NCBI GenBank assembly: GCA_965207065.1
Contig: OZ242260.1
Span: forward strand, 3,648,001-3,712,000
DNA from: a bacterium
GTDB taxonomy: Bacteria; UBA8248
DNA: 64,000 nucleotides
Direction: 5' to 3'
Below the pieces are notes generated by a model, which was not told where the DNA came from, did no database searches, and saw nothing but the letters and a program-made list of their open reading frames with translations. A program made the translations under genes and the position numbers. This document shows positions 29,036 through 38,972 of the stretch, one piece after another (positions within the stretch are counted from its first letter, which is position 1; each line of letters begins with the position of its first letter).

Positions 29036-29647
29036 TCATGGCGTGACGCCCACAAGTACGAGAGGAACCGCAGGAACCCCGCGGCCTTGCCGCAAGACGT
29101 TCAGCAAATCACGCTCATAGTAGGCGACGCCGGAGGACATCTCCCGCTCCAGTTCCTTCATGGGGAGTATCTCCACGCCTACGTCGATGATGTCGGAAAC
29201 GTAAAAACTCAAATGCTTCACGAACAGGTCATGCGCGACGAAGGCGTACTTGCCGAACTGCACCTCCACCGCGACGCGTTCTTTCACGAAATCCGTCTGG
29301 TTGTAGGACATGATGGGCTCGTATCCCGCTTCCTCGATGGCGCGTTTCTGCTCCTTTTCCGACAGGCCGTATATGCCGCGCATGAGCTTCTCGTCCGCCG
29401 TGAGCCAGAATGTGCTCCTGCGCTCGCTCCAGCCGCGCGCCTTGAGCCCGTCCTTGAACGCACGATTCATATCGGCGGGTGAGAACAGCACTTTTCCGGG
29501 CATGGTTTTTTCTCTGGAAACCTTGGTCCGGCAAGCCATCGCGTCTACTTCCACGATGACTTCCTTCACCTCGTCCCACAACTGTTTGCGGTGGACGAGC
29601 AGGTATTCCTCGCCGTTCAGATGCGAATACTTGGCTTCGATGCGCAC
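29036..29647 (-). CDS. Type II restriction endonuclease, BglII/BstYI family
   Basis: NQTDFVKERVAVEVQFGKY (D...ExQ catalytic motif); translationally coupled to the upstream MTase (TAGTG). Confidence 0.85.
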   Translation of the reverse strand: MRIEAKYSHLNGEEYLLVHRKQLWDEVKEVIVEVDAMACRTKVSREKTMPGKVLFSPADMNRAFKDGLKARGWSERRSTFWLTADEKLMRGIYGLSEKEQKRAIEEAGYEPIMSYNQTDFVKERVAVEVQFGKYAFVAHDLFVKHLSFYVSDIIDVGVEILPMKELEREMSSGVAYYERDLLNVLRQGRGVPAVPLVLVGVTP

Positions 29648-30561
29648 TAATGTCCGCCGTTTGGTTTTGCGGGATCGTAGACGGGCTTTCCCATCGGACG
29701 CGTTTTGAGGGTTCCCGCATACAGTCGCCTCACCCGGTCGAGCGCGATATCCACATATTCGGATACGACTTCGCAGCCATAGGCCGTTCTCCCGTGCATG
29801 AGCGAGGCGACGACGGAGGAGCCGACTCCCATGTAGGGGTCAAACACCGCATCGCCCTCATCCGTCATGGAGAGTACGAGGCGCTCGACGAGTTCAACGG
29901 GGAACTGGCAGGGGTGAATCGTTTTTTCCGGGTGGTTGCTCTTCACGTTCGGGAAAGTCCACACGTCGCTGGGGTTCTTACCCTTGGGATTCCCCGAGAG
30001 TTTGCCGATGTTCGGTCCCTTGAAGTGTTTCTTGCCGGGATATTTCGCCGGAACCCGTATCGGATCGAGATTCCAGGTGTAGTCGTCGCCCTTCGTCCAC
30101 CAGTTGATGGTTTCGTATCTTCCCGAGAGCCGTTTGGTGCAATGAAGCCCGTGACCGAAACTCCAGACGATTCGGTTGCGGAGTTTAAGGCCCTGCGCCC
30201 GAAAAATGGGGTAGAGAATAGCGTCGAGCGGAATAATCTCTCCGTTATCCACATAGTTGCCGACCTGCCAGCAAATGGAGCCTTTTGGGTGCAGCAGGCG
30301 AACGCACTCGTGAATTACTTTCTCCTGCGTATCCATGTAAGCGTCGAGCGGGGTTCTCGATTCGTATTCCTTCCCCAGGTTGTAAGGGGGTGAGGTGACG
30401 ATGAGCTTCATCCGCTCGTCGGGAAGCTCGCTCATGAAAACGAGGTTGTCCGCGCACGCGAGGACGGGTTGGCTTTTGGGTTTTTCCCCCTCCAATCGGG
30501 GGAGCATATCCTGCACCGGCTGCCGCGCCGTGCCCTCAACATGCGAAGCGGCGTTGGTCAT
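29647..30561 (-). CDS. Beta-class DNA methyltransferase (probably N4-cytosine)
   Basis: TSPPYN precedes HPCQFP and DPYMGVGS. Confidence 0.9.
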   Translation of the reverse strand: MTNAASHVEGTARQPVQDMLPRLEGEKPKSQPVLACADNLVFMSELPDERMKLIVTSPPYNLGKEYESRTPLDAYMDTQEKVIHECVRLLHPKGSICWQVGNYVDNGEIIPLDAILYPIFRAQGLKLRNRIVWSFGHGLHCTKRLSGRYETINWWTKGDDYTWNLDPIRVPAKYPGKKHFKGPNIGKLSGNPKGKNPSDVWTFPNVKSNHPEKTIHPCQFPVELVERLVLSMTDEGDAVFDPYMGVGSSVVASLMHGRTAYGCEVVSEYVDIALDRVRRLYAGTLKTRPMGKPVYDPAKPNGGH

Positions 30562-30671
30562 CCGAGTTCCTCACGGGCGGCAATGTCTGATTCTAATCGT
30601 GCATTATCATACAATCCGTCATATCGGTTCTCAAGCCCAACGTTTATCTCAGGCTTTTCAATACATTTCTC

Positions 30672-31541
30672 TCACGCGGCGCATCCCACCCTGCGTTCAT
30701 TCTCCACCCCCCTCACTGCCAAGACTTCCATGGCGGGTGATCGATCACCCGTGCAACTGATCCGGCGCGGACCTTCGAGGAACGAGAGGGTGAAACCGTT
30801 TTCTTCGTATAACCGCACGATTCTCTCCGTCGCCTGGTTCGAGAGGACGACAGGGCCTTCGTGCGCGGCGAGAAATTCCGCGAGGCGCACCTGATCCGCC
30901 CAGGAGAAATCCTCCTTTGCGTATTTGGTGAACTCTACGTCATAGGGCGGATCCGCATAAATGAAATCATCAGGCCGTATGGGTAGCGTCTCGAAATCCT
31001 GGCAGCAAAACTCCCAGCCTTCGAATATCTCCCGGTAGGCGCTGAAATTTTTCACGTAGTTTATCGTCTTGTATCTGCCGAAGGGGACGTTGAACTCGCC
31101 CTTGCTGTTGAATCGGCAAAGCCCGTTGTAGCCCGTGCGGTTCAGGTAATAAAAAAGCTCCGCCGCCTCCTTGTTGCGTCCCCGTCCGCTCATGAGCAGC
31201 GCGTTGAACCGCTCCCTGTGGGCGTAGTAGGCATCCGCGTCGTTTCGCATTCCTATCCGTGTTCGAGAAAGACCCTTCTTGAGCCATGCGTAGAAGTTCA
31301 TGAGCGGTGCGTTGATGTCGTTCAGAAGCGCCCTCTCGGGAGCGAGGCCGAGCGCGACGGCAAGCCCTCCGCAGAAAGGCTCGACGAGCCTGCTCTTGCT
31401 GTGCTTTTCCCAATACGCCCGGATGTGCGGGACGAGCCACCGCTTGCCGCCCGCCCATTTGAGAGGCGGCGTCAGCTTCTCATCGGCAGGGCGGACCTTT
31501 CTCTTTGGTTTGCGAGCTTTCGCTTTCGTGGCTGTGGACAT
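30672..31541 (-). CDS. Dam/D12-class DNA adenine methyltransferase
   Basis: LKWAGGK, EPFCGG, YLNRTGYNGLCRFN..GEFNVPFG, YADPPY. Confidence 0.92.
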   Translation of the reverse strand: MSTATKAKARKPKRKVRPADEKLTPPLKWAGGKRWLVPHIRAYWEKHSKSRLVEPFCGGLAVALGLAPERALLNDINAPLMNFYAWLKKGLSRTRIGMRNDADAYYAHRERFNALLMSGRGRNKEAAELFYYLNRTGYNGLCRFNSKGEFNVPFGRYKTINYVKNFSAYREIFEGWEFCCQDFETLPIRPDDFIYADPPYDVEFTKYAKEDFSWADQVRLAEFLAAHEGPVVLSNQATERIVRLYEENGFTLSFLEGPRRISCTGDRSPAMEVLAVRGVENERRVGCAA

Positions 31542-31654
31542 TCGGAAGTCTCAAAACGCTTCAGTGGGCGGATGATGCGGACACCATACCACAAGCGCGA
31601 GCCTGAGCCAGCGCACAAACCTTCTCTGATGACTGTGGCTCACTCTCACCGAAT

Positions 31655-31991
31655 GGGGCTGTTGAAAAAGGCCTCGAACAATGGGGGAAAGATGAATCAA
31701 TTGATATATGCCATATAGAATCATCCCCCATGAGACGAGCCTGGAATTCACTCCCCCCTTGAGGGGGAGTCGAAGAGGCCGAGCGGTTTATGCGAAGGCC
31801 GATTCGGTGGGGGGGTGAATCGCGTTTTATCGCCACTCCGAGTTATACCCCCCACCGAATCGCTTTCGGGCTTACGCCCGCAGCTCTTCGTCGGTCTACC
31901 CGAGGAGGATAGACCGACCCTCAAGGGGGGAGTGAAATTCAAAAGCGAGCACGCAACCCAAATTGTTTCCCGGGACTTTTTCAACAGCCCC
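31655..31991 (-). mobile_element. MITE-like element, inverted relative to 28156-28437
   Basis: Ends GGGGCTGTTGAAAAAG / CTTTTTCAACAGCCCC. The reverse complement of its right end matches the left end of the 28156 copy over about 75 nt. Confidence 0.78.
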
Positions 31992-32148
31992 CTCAACTGG
32001 GGCGTAATGTCTCTTCCCTCCCCGCTTAGTCCTATACACAGAATTACGAAATCAAGACTTTCGGACAATATGGTTTGCGCTCTTTGCTGATTGTTATTAC
32101 GATCTGTCGTGTCCGACAAAAAAGACGGAAGGAAAGGAAAGAGAAATA

Positions 32149-32457
32149 ATGGCGAGAAAGCGAAAGAATAAGGCACCGATGGAGGCGGAAGACCGCACCC
32201 TGACCAAGAAGATGCTGGAGGCAATGCGTCCCGCCTCGGAAGTCGTGCCAGAGATCGTCGCGGCCCACGCACGGGGAGAACTGGCGGGCAACGCGCCGCG
32301 CCGATTCCGCGGCCCCCAGAAAAAGCCCACCAAGGTTCAGACCACCATTCGCCTCGATGAGGACGTGGTGGCACACTTCAAAGAAGGCGGCAAGGGGTGG
32401 CAGTCCCGCATTAACACCGCCCTGCGCGAAACCGCGTTCGGCAACAACGCGGATTAA
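32149..32457 (+). CDS. BrnA-family antitoxin (no intact brnT)
   Basis: RGPQKKPTKVQTTIRLDEDVVAHFK..GKGWQSRIN.ALR. Confidence 0.88.
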   Translation: MARKRKNKAPMEAEDRTLTKKMLEAMRPASEVVPEIVAAHARGELAGNAPRRFRGPQKKPTKVQTTIRLDEDVVAHFKEGGKGWQSRINTALRETAFGNNAD

Positions 32458-32472
32458 CTTCAGCCGACCCCC

Positions 32473-33522
32473 CTACCCCCCGATCTCCTCACGCACGATA
32501 GCGGCTCCCTCCGCCATGGACTTGAGCTTGCCGAAGGCGACGTCGCGGGCCATGTATTTCATCCCGCAGTCGGGCGCCAGGATGAGCCGCTCGGGCGATA
32601 TGTGCTCGAGCGCCGCCCGGATGCGCGCGGCCACGGTTTCGGGCGTTTCGATCTCGGGGTCGTCGTTGTCGATGACGCCCAGGATGATGGTCTTGTCCGG
32701 CAGCTTCTCCAACACGGCGAGGTCGATGCCCGGCTGGGCCGCCTCGATGGATATCTGGTCGATGTCGCTCTCGTTGAGTTCCGGGAGGAAGGAATATGCG
32801 TCGGGCTTGCCGAGTCCCTGCCAGGCGTGGATGGCCGCGTAGCCGAAACACATGTGGAGAGCCGTGGTTCCTTCCACGCCCTTTAACGCCTCGCCGAGCA
32901 CTTCCAGGGCGAATTCCCTGGCAATCTCCGCGCGCGCCTGCATATAGGGCTCGTCTAACTGCACCACGTCGGCGCCTGCGGCGAACATATCCTTCACCTC
33001 CTCGTTCACAGCGCGGGCGTAGTCGAGCGCCATCGCGCGCTGATCGCCTCCGTAGTAGTCATCCTGCGCCTGCTGCGTCATGGTGAAGGGGCCCGGCAGC
33101 GTGATCTTGATTTGCCGGTCCGTATTGGCGCGCAGAAACTCCACGTCGCTCACCTCGATAGGCCTTGCGCGGTGGATCTTGCCTATCACGCGGGGGACGG
33201 GATTGTCCCGGCCCGAGCGGTCTTTCGCATAGCCGTGGTTCTCGGTATCGATGCCGCCCAGGGCCGTGGAGACGCGGTTCGAATAGCTCTCGCGGCGTGC
33301 CTCGCCGTCTGAGATGATGTCGATTCCCGCTCGCTCCATGTCGCGAATCGCGAGGAGGGTGGCGTCATCCTGCGCGGCTTCCAGGAACTCGGGCGGTATG
33401 CGCCACAATTCCTGCACGCGCACGCGCGGAGGAAGGCGCGTGTTGAGATTCTCGCGGTCGATGAGCCAGTCCGGCTGTGTGTAGCTGCCCACGACGGTGG
33501 TGGGCAGGAGCTTCTCAGGCAT
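32473..33522 (-). CDS. Short cobalamin-independent methionine synthase II (MetE C-domain) family protein
   Basis: TTVVGSY, GIDIISDGE.RR, TLPGPFT, QLDEP; Zn ligands HMC...E...PDCG. Confidence 0.85.
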   Translation of the reverse strand: MPEKLLPTTVVGSYTQPDWLIDRENLNTRLPPRVRVQELWRIPPEFLEAAQDDATLLAIRDMERAGIDIISDGEARRESYSNRVSTALGGIDTENHGYAKDRSGRDNPVPRVIGKIHRARPIEVSDVEFLRANTDRQIKITLPGPFTMTQQAQDDYYGGDQRAMALDYARAVNEEVKDMFAAGADVVQLDEPYMQARAEIAREFALEVLGEALKGVEGTTALHMCFGYAAIHAWQGLGKPDAYSFLPELNESDIDQISIEAAQPGIDLAVLEKLPDKTIILGVIDNDDPEIETPETVAARIRAALEHISPERLILAPDCGMKYMARDVAFGKLKSMAEGAAIVREEIGG

Positions 33523-33609
33523 GGATTTCTCTCCTCATGTCGCCGAAGCCGAAACCGGCTCCACGCGTCTCAAGCGCCGCTGAGCGGCGATGCTATCCTC
33601 TCGAAAAAT

Positions 33610-34680
33610 CTAGGGCGTCAGCATTACGCGCATCACGCCGTCTTCTCGCGCCTTGAACATGCGCATCGCCTCGTTGAACTCATCGAGCGCGAACGAGTGC
33701 GTGAGCATTTTGTCGGTGGCGATGTGGCCGTCGGCGATGATCTGGATGGCCCTCGGGTAGCAGTTGGGCGAGCCGCGCCCGCCGAATATGGCGATCTCAT
33801 CGAGCACGATGCGGTCGGTGTTGAGAGATACCTCCTGGCCACCGTTGATCCCTTCCAGCACCACGCGCCCGCCGCGCCGCGCCATGTCCACCGCCTGGCG
33901 CATCACCTCGGGCGGGCCTGCGCACTCGATGACGAGGTCCACCCCGCGGCCGTCGGTCTCGTTCATCACGACCTCGACGGGGTCTTCCTTCGTGATGTCG
34001 ATGGTGCGGTCGGCGCCCAGTTCCTCAGCGATCCCCAGCCGGTAGCCGCGTCCGGTGATGAAGGTCTTGGAAGCGCCCATCATCTTCACGAGTTGGAGCA
34101 CGGCGAGGCCCAGCAGGCCGGGACCCAGGATCGCTACGGTGTCGGCCGGCTCCACGCCCCCGCGCTCCAGGGCGTGGAGCGCGATGACTACCTGGTTCAC
34201 GATCACCGCGTCCTCCCACTTCATGGATTCGGGCATCTTGTGGAGGTTGTTCGCCGGAGCCAGGCCGTATTCGCTGAACGCGCCGTTCGCCGTATGGCCC
34301 AGCAGCTTGTAGCCGCCGTCTGGCTTCGCGGCGTTCTCGCAGATGTGGTAGTCGCCCCGGATGCAGGTGGCGCAAGCGCCGCAGCCGACCGTCGGCTCCA
34401 TGATGACGCGGTCGCCAATCTGCAAGTCGGTCTTCGCGCTGCTTCCGATGGCGGCCACCTCCCCGGCCCACTCGTGGCCCTGGATGAAGGGATAAAAGGG
34501 CGGCCACATCGGGCGCATGTGCCCCTCGTAGATATGGATGTCCGTGCCGCAGATGCCGCAGGCGGCGACCTTCACCAGCACATGGTCGGGTTCGTAATCG
34601 GGAACAGGAATCTGCTCGATGCGCACCTCGTGCGCGTCATGTGTGACGGCGGCCTTCATGGTTTCTGGAATATTGCTCAT
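33610..34680 (-). CDS. Zinc-dependent alcohol dehydrogenase (threonine/polyol dehydrogenase-like)
   Basis: CGICGTD, GHEWAG, CGACATC..G...C, GPGLLG. Confidence 0.9.
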   Translation of the reverse strand: MSNIPETMKAAVTHDAHEVRIEQIPVPDYEPDHVLVKVAACGICGTDIHIYEGHMRPMWPPFYPFIQGHEWAGEVAAIGSSAKTDLQIGDRVIMEPTVGCGACATCIRGDYHICENAAKPDGGYKLLGHTANGAFSEYGLAPANNLHKMPESMKWEDAVIVNQVVIALHALERGGVEPADTVAILGPGLLGLAVLQLVKMMGASKTFITGRGYRLGIAEELGADRTIDITKEDPVEVVMNETDGRGVDLVIECAGPPEVMRQAVDMARRGGRVVLEGINGGQEVSLNTDRIVLDEIAIFGGRGSPNCYPRAIQIIADGHIATDKMLTHSFALDEFNEAMRMFKAREDGVMRVMLTP

Positions 34681-34722
34681 CTCACTCCCCTCCTTCGCTT
34701 AGAAGGATATCGATTATGACAA

Positions 34723-35367
34723 TCAGCCCTTGGGGCTGAACTGCGTCGTTTTCCTGTCGGGTCGCTGCATGTCGAAAACGTCGTGCGAGCGGCAGTATCC
34801 GTTCCCCGCGAGCCTGCCCACGGGCCGGAGCAGCACGGGGTCGATGTATTTCCCCTCCTCGATCATCACGTCCTCGCGCACGTGCCAGCGCACCACCTCG
34901 CCGATGATGACGTTCGTCAGGTGCTCGCGCCCGTTCGTGATGAGGTGGCGGAACTGGCACTCCATGGCCACCGGGGCCTCGGCGATGCGCGGGGCCTTCA
35001 CGAGATCGGAATCGAGCGGCGTCAAGCCCGCTTCCTCGAACTCGCTCACCTCGAAGGGATAGTCGTCCGCGCAGATGTTCATCTGCTCCTCGAGGCCGTC
35101 CACCACCGTGTGGATGACGTAGCCCTGCGTCTCCATGATGTTGCGCGCCGTGTCCTTGTAGGAACTTTCGCGCACGCCTACCGATATCGAGAGGAGCGGC
35201 GGGTCGTGGCCCACGCAGGTGAAGAAGCTGAAGGGCGCCAGGTTCGCGTGGCCGTCCGCGCTGATTGTGCTCACCCAGGCGATGGGCCTCGGCACGACGG
35301 AGCCGACGAGCAGGCGGTAGTTCTGCCGCCAGTGGTTATCGGCGGGATTGATGGTTTTATAGTTCAT
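34723..35367 (-). CDS. Flavin reductase family protein
   Basis: VVPRPIAWVST, NLAPFSFF, KDT.RNI, RLAGN.Y. Confidence 0.9.
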   Translation of the reverse strand: MNYKTINPADNHWRQNYRLLVGSVVPRPIAWVSTISADGHANLAPFSFFTCVGHDPPLLSISVGVRESSYKDTARNIMETQGYVIHTVVDGLEEQMNICADDYPFEVSEFEEAGLTPLDSDLVKAPRIAEAPVAMECQFRHLITNGREHLTNVIIGEVVRWHVREDVMIEEGKYIDPVLLRPVGRLAGNGYCRSHDVFDMQRPDRKTTQFSPKG

Positions 35368-35451
35368 GCGTTTTCATACTCCTGTAGTTGTAAACCGATG
35401 AGCACGCCCTTTCGCGAAGTCGATGGCGAACGCATTGATGGCCATAAAAAA

Positions 35452-36267
35452 TCACTGCCCCGAATCCGCCGACGCCATCGCAGATTCCATCGCCGTGAAG
35501 CACGCTCCCTGCGGGTCCATGATTCCGCCGATCCTCCCCACGTCGGGAACATCGATAGGGGGGAAAGTGCCCTGCCCGCCCAGGCTGATTGCCTTTTCGA
35601 GCGCGGTGTCGAAATTTTCCACCTGAAAATATACCCCCCAGTGCGGGGGCATCTCGCCCATCTCGGGCTTGAGTTCGATCATCCCGGCGCGCGGCTCCTC
35701 GCCGCTCATGAACACCGTGTAGTCCCCGCCCGAGGGGTCTGGCATCACTGTGCTCGTCCAGCCGAACAGATCACGGTAGAAAGCACCGGCGCGTTCTACG
35801 TCTTTCGTGAGCAGTTCGTTCCAGTTGAGCGCACCCGGCTCATTCATGATATCCGCGCCCTTGTGCGCCTTCGGCTGCCATAGGCACAGGAACGCCTCCC
35901 CCGGGTCGCGAATCATCGCCATGCGGCCCACGTCGAACACGTCGCACGGCTCCTGGGCAGCCTGACCGCCGAGTTCCACCGCCTTCTTCACAGTCTCATC
36001 GGCGTTTTCCACCGACACGTAGCTCTGCCAGAAAGAGGGGTGGCCGCTCTCAAGCATTCCCGGAAACATCTCGAACATGGCGCAAACCTGTTTTCCGTCT
36101 TTCGAGAATATTGTGTAGACGGCTTCCTCCATCACGGGCCGATCCTCAAACGTCCAGCCGAACAGGGCCGTATAGAAATCCTTGGCGACGCCCACCTCCT
36201 TCGCCACCAGATCGGCCCAGCAAAAACTCCCCGGTGCGTATTTCCTTTCCTCGGACACGAATTTCAT
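35452..36267 (-). CDS. Two-domain VOC/glyoxalase family protein
   Basis: PGSFCWADL, FY..LFGW x2, DP.GA.F; start MKFVSE after GGAGG. Confidence 0.87.
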   Translation of the reverse strand: MKFVSEERKYAPGSFCWADLVAKEVGVAKDFYTALFGWTFEDRPVMEEAVYTIFSKDGKQVCAMFEMFPGMLESGHPSFWQSYVSVENADETVKKAVELGGQAAQEPCDVFDVGRMAMIRDPGEAFLCLWQPKAHKGADIMNEPGALNWNELLTKDVERAGAFYRDLFGWTSTVMPDPSGGDYTVFMSGEEPRAGMIELKPEMGEMPPHWGVYFQVENFDTALEKAISLGGQGTFPPIDVPDVGRIGGIMDPQGACFTAMESAMASADSGQ

Positions 36268-36430
36268 TCCTCCATGGATGACGGCGAATGACACGAAATG
36301 AATTCCCTGGATGATAACGGCAAATAATGATCGGGCATGAGGCCTTTCGCGATTGACCACTCAATACTGCTTCAGCCCTCTGGGAATCGGGCGAAAATCA
36401 TAGCGCGAAGGGGCGGCGGCGAACAAGCGC

Positions 36431-38566
36431 TCATGCGTCCTCGTCGTATTCATATCGCAGGCCGTCGGGCTCGTCGGGGTCGGCGAGACGAGAAGCAGGC
36501 GCCGGGGCCTCTTCATCCTGCGGGGTCTCTATCGCCTCCTCTTCCAGCAGCCAGCGCTCATACAGTTCTTCGGGCAGTTCTTCCACATATCTCGAAAGCC
36601 TGGAGAACGCACCCATCTTCCACGCCTCGCTCTCAAGCATGGGCTGGCACATGTAGAGTTCGTCCTTCGCCCGCGTGAGGGCGACGTAGAAAAGCCGCCG
36701 CTCCTCTTCTTCACCTCCGGGGTCCGCCAGCGAACGCGTCGAGGGAAAGCGGGTGTCGGTGAGCCAGAGGAGGAACACCACCTTCCACTCCAGCCCCTTC
36801 GCCTGATGAACCGAAGTCAGGATCATCGACTCGTCCGGCTCGTCTTGATCCCCTGGGGCCGCGGGTCCCGCGGCGGCGGCCGTTCCCATGAGCGCGAGTT
36901 CCGAGAGGAACGCCGTCGCCTCATCGTATTGCACCGCGTATTCCGCGAGTTGGCGCACGTCCTCGATGCGCGCTTCGGCATCTTCAAAGGTGTTCTCGAC
37001 ATATTCCTGATAGAACCGATCCAGCACGAGGTTTATCATCTCCGTCGGCGGGAGGGCGGATTGCTCAACGCCCTTAACCGCGCGCGGCGCGCCCGTCAGA
37101 TCGACGACCAGCTTGCTGAAAACATCAAAACCCTTGCGCGCGTTCCCGGGGACGGAACCCACTTCGCCGCTCGCGAGAAAAGAGAAGGGCTCCTCATATA
37201 TTTTCACCTGCTCCCACACCCGGTGCGCCGTCACGTCCCCCACGCCGGGCAGGAGCTTGAGCGCGCGCTTCCAGGCCAATTCGTCCGCAGGGGAACTCAC
37301 GAGCCTTAAGAACGCCGTGACGTCCTTGATGTGGCGCTGCTCGAAAAAGCGCAGCCCGCTCCTGATCTCGAAGGGAATGCCCCGGCGCGTGAGCTCCATC
37401 TGAAGCTCCATCGAGTGGTAGTGCGCCCGGTAGAGCACCGCGATCTGGGAGAGCGGCACGTCCTCCTCATCGCGCAGCGCCAGCGTGCGGTCGACCACGA
37501 AGTCGGCCTGCTGCATGGCGTCGCGTGCGGCCACGAGGGCGGGCTTCATCCCCTCCCCGCGCGTGGTTTTGAGGTTTTTCTCGAACTGGCGCTTGTTGTG
37601 GGCGATGGAGGCGTTGGCCAACTCGAGAATTGAGGCCGTGCTCCTGTAGTTTTCCTCCAGGTGGAATAGCCTGGCGTCCGGGTATCGCTCGGGAAACGTG
37701 ATGATGTTCTCGAAATGTGCGCCCCGGAAGCTGTAGATGCTCTGCGCGTCATCCCCCACCACGGTGACGTTTTTCTGCTCTCCGGCGAGGAGGTCCACCA
37801 GGTCGGCCTGCACCTTGTTCGTGTCCTGGTATTCATCCACGAGGATGTAGCGAAAGCGCGCCTGGAGTTCTTTGCGCACCTCCTCGTGTTCTGCGAGCAG
37901 GTTCCGCGTGAGAGAGAGCAGTCCCGAGAAATCCACCGCCTGAATCTCTTTCTTGCGCGTCTCGTAATGGCTGGCGATTTGCTCTATCTCGCCCAGGCGG
38001 TCCGCCAGGTATGAATACCGGTTCAGCAACGTCTCCGCCACGCTGCGGTCGGTATCGGCGGCGAGGGCGAATATCGCTTCCAGCACGCGGCCTCTCGGGA
38101 AATACTTCTCCTTCGGGTCGAACCCCGCGAGGCGGATGCACTCGGTCACCAGATCGGCTGCGTCTTCTCTGTCCAGGATGGTGAAGTTCGGCTCATAACC
38201 CATGAGGCTCCCGTAGCGCCTCAGTATCAGATTCCCCACGTGGTGGAACGTGCCGCCCCACACGCGCCGCGCGTCGGTCTGGATGAGGGAGGCGGCCCGG
38301 TGGAGCATCTCGCGCGCCGCCTTGTTCGTAAAAGTGACGAGGAGGATGGATTCGGGCGCGACGCCGTCTTCCACGAGGCGCGCGAGGCGGTAGGTGATGG
38401 TGTGCGTCTTGCCGCTGCCCGCGCCCGCGATGACGAGAAGCGGGCCCCCGCCCGCCATCACCACTTCCAGTTGCTGGGGGTTGAGCTTTTCCTCATACGC
38501 CTTGCGCCGCGCGGGCGAAGGCGCGGGCCGCTTCAGCGTATAGGTCCTGTGCTCTCTCGCACTCAT
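36431..38566 (-). CDS. UvrD/PcrA-family ATP-dependent helicase
   Basis: AGAGSGKT, TFTNKAA, VDEYQD, GDDAQSIYSFRGA, NYRS, HQAKGLEW, EERRLFYVALTRA. Confidence 0.95.
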   Translation of the reverse strand: MSAREHRTYTLKRPAPSPARRKAYEEKLNPQQLEVVMAGGGPLLVIAGAGSGKTHTITYRLARLVEDGVAPESILLVTFTNKAAREMLHRAASLIQTDARRVWGGTFHHVGNLILRRYGSLMGYEPNFTILDREDAADLVTECIRLAGFDPKEKYFPRGRVLEAIFALAADTDRSVAETLLNRYSYLADRLGEIEQIASHYETRKKEIQAVDFSGLLSLTRNLLAEHEEVRKELQARFRYILVDEYQDTNKVQADLVDLLAGEQKNVTVVGDDAQSIYSFRGAHFENIITFPERYPDARLFHLEENYRSTASILELANASIAHNKRQFEKNLKTTRGEGMKPALVAARDAMQQADFVVDRTLALRDEEDVPLSQIAVLYRAHYHSMELQMELTRRGIPFEIRSGLRFFEQRHIKDVTAFLRLVSSPADELAWKRALKLLPGVGDVTAHRVWEQVKIYEEPFSFLASGEVGSVPGNARKGFDVFSKLVVDLTGAPRAVKGVEQSALPPTEMINLVLDRFYQEYVENTFEDAEARIEDVRQLAEYAVQYDEATAFLSELALMGTAAAAGPAAPGDQDEPDESMILTSVHQAKGLEWKVVFLLWLTDTRFPSTRSLADPGGEEEERRLFYVALTRAKDELYMCQPMLESEAWKMGAFSRLSRYVEELPEELYERWLLEEEAIETPQDEEAPAPASRLADPDEPDGLRYEYDEDA

Positions 38567-38753
38567 TTTAATATTCTCTGGTGTGGGTCAAACTTGCAGC
38601 CCTTGTCCAAACAACGCGCAGATGAAGCGCCCCCGTCATTCCAGCACCTTAACGCTTCTCGGCGAAACGGCCCAACTGCCCATTCGGTTGACAGGCGAAC
38701 GCCCCCGAAGCTAAGGTGAATCCATACACGAAATCACAGGCCGGAGCGTTCAG

Positions 38754-38945
38754 ATGGGCGGATACCAGACATTCCTCGACGGGGTGGCCCTGGGCTTTTT
38801 CCTGGGATTCATCGCCTTTTATCTGCTGTACCGCTACATGGCGTCCAAGCGGAAAAAACCGAAAACCGAGGTCGACCACCTCGTCGACGATATTCAGGAC
38901 TACTACCGGAACGTCTCCGACCCCGAAGGCAAGGACTACGACTGA
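38754..38945 (+). CDS. Small membrane protein
   Basis: 63 aa, one N-terminal transmembrane segment followed by a basic patch; GGAG RBS; host-like codon usage. Confidence 0.55.
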   Translation: MGGYQTFLDGVALGFFLGFIAFYLLYRYMASKRKKPKTEVDHLVDDIQDYYRNVSDPEGKDYD

Positions 38946-38972
38946 GCCGCGGGTTCACCTCGCAACCCATCC

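Noticed and set aside
28151-31996. Target-site duplication for a composite transposon
   Set aside because: Outer flanks differ (TATTT vs CTCAA), so joint transposition is not demonstrated.
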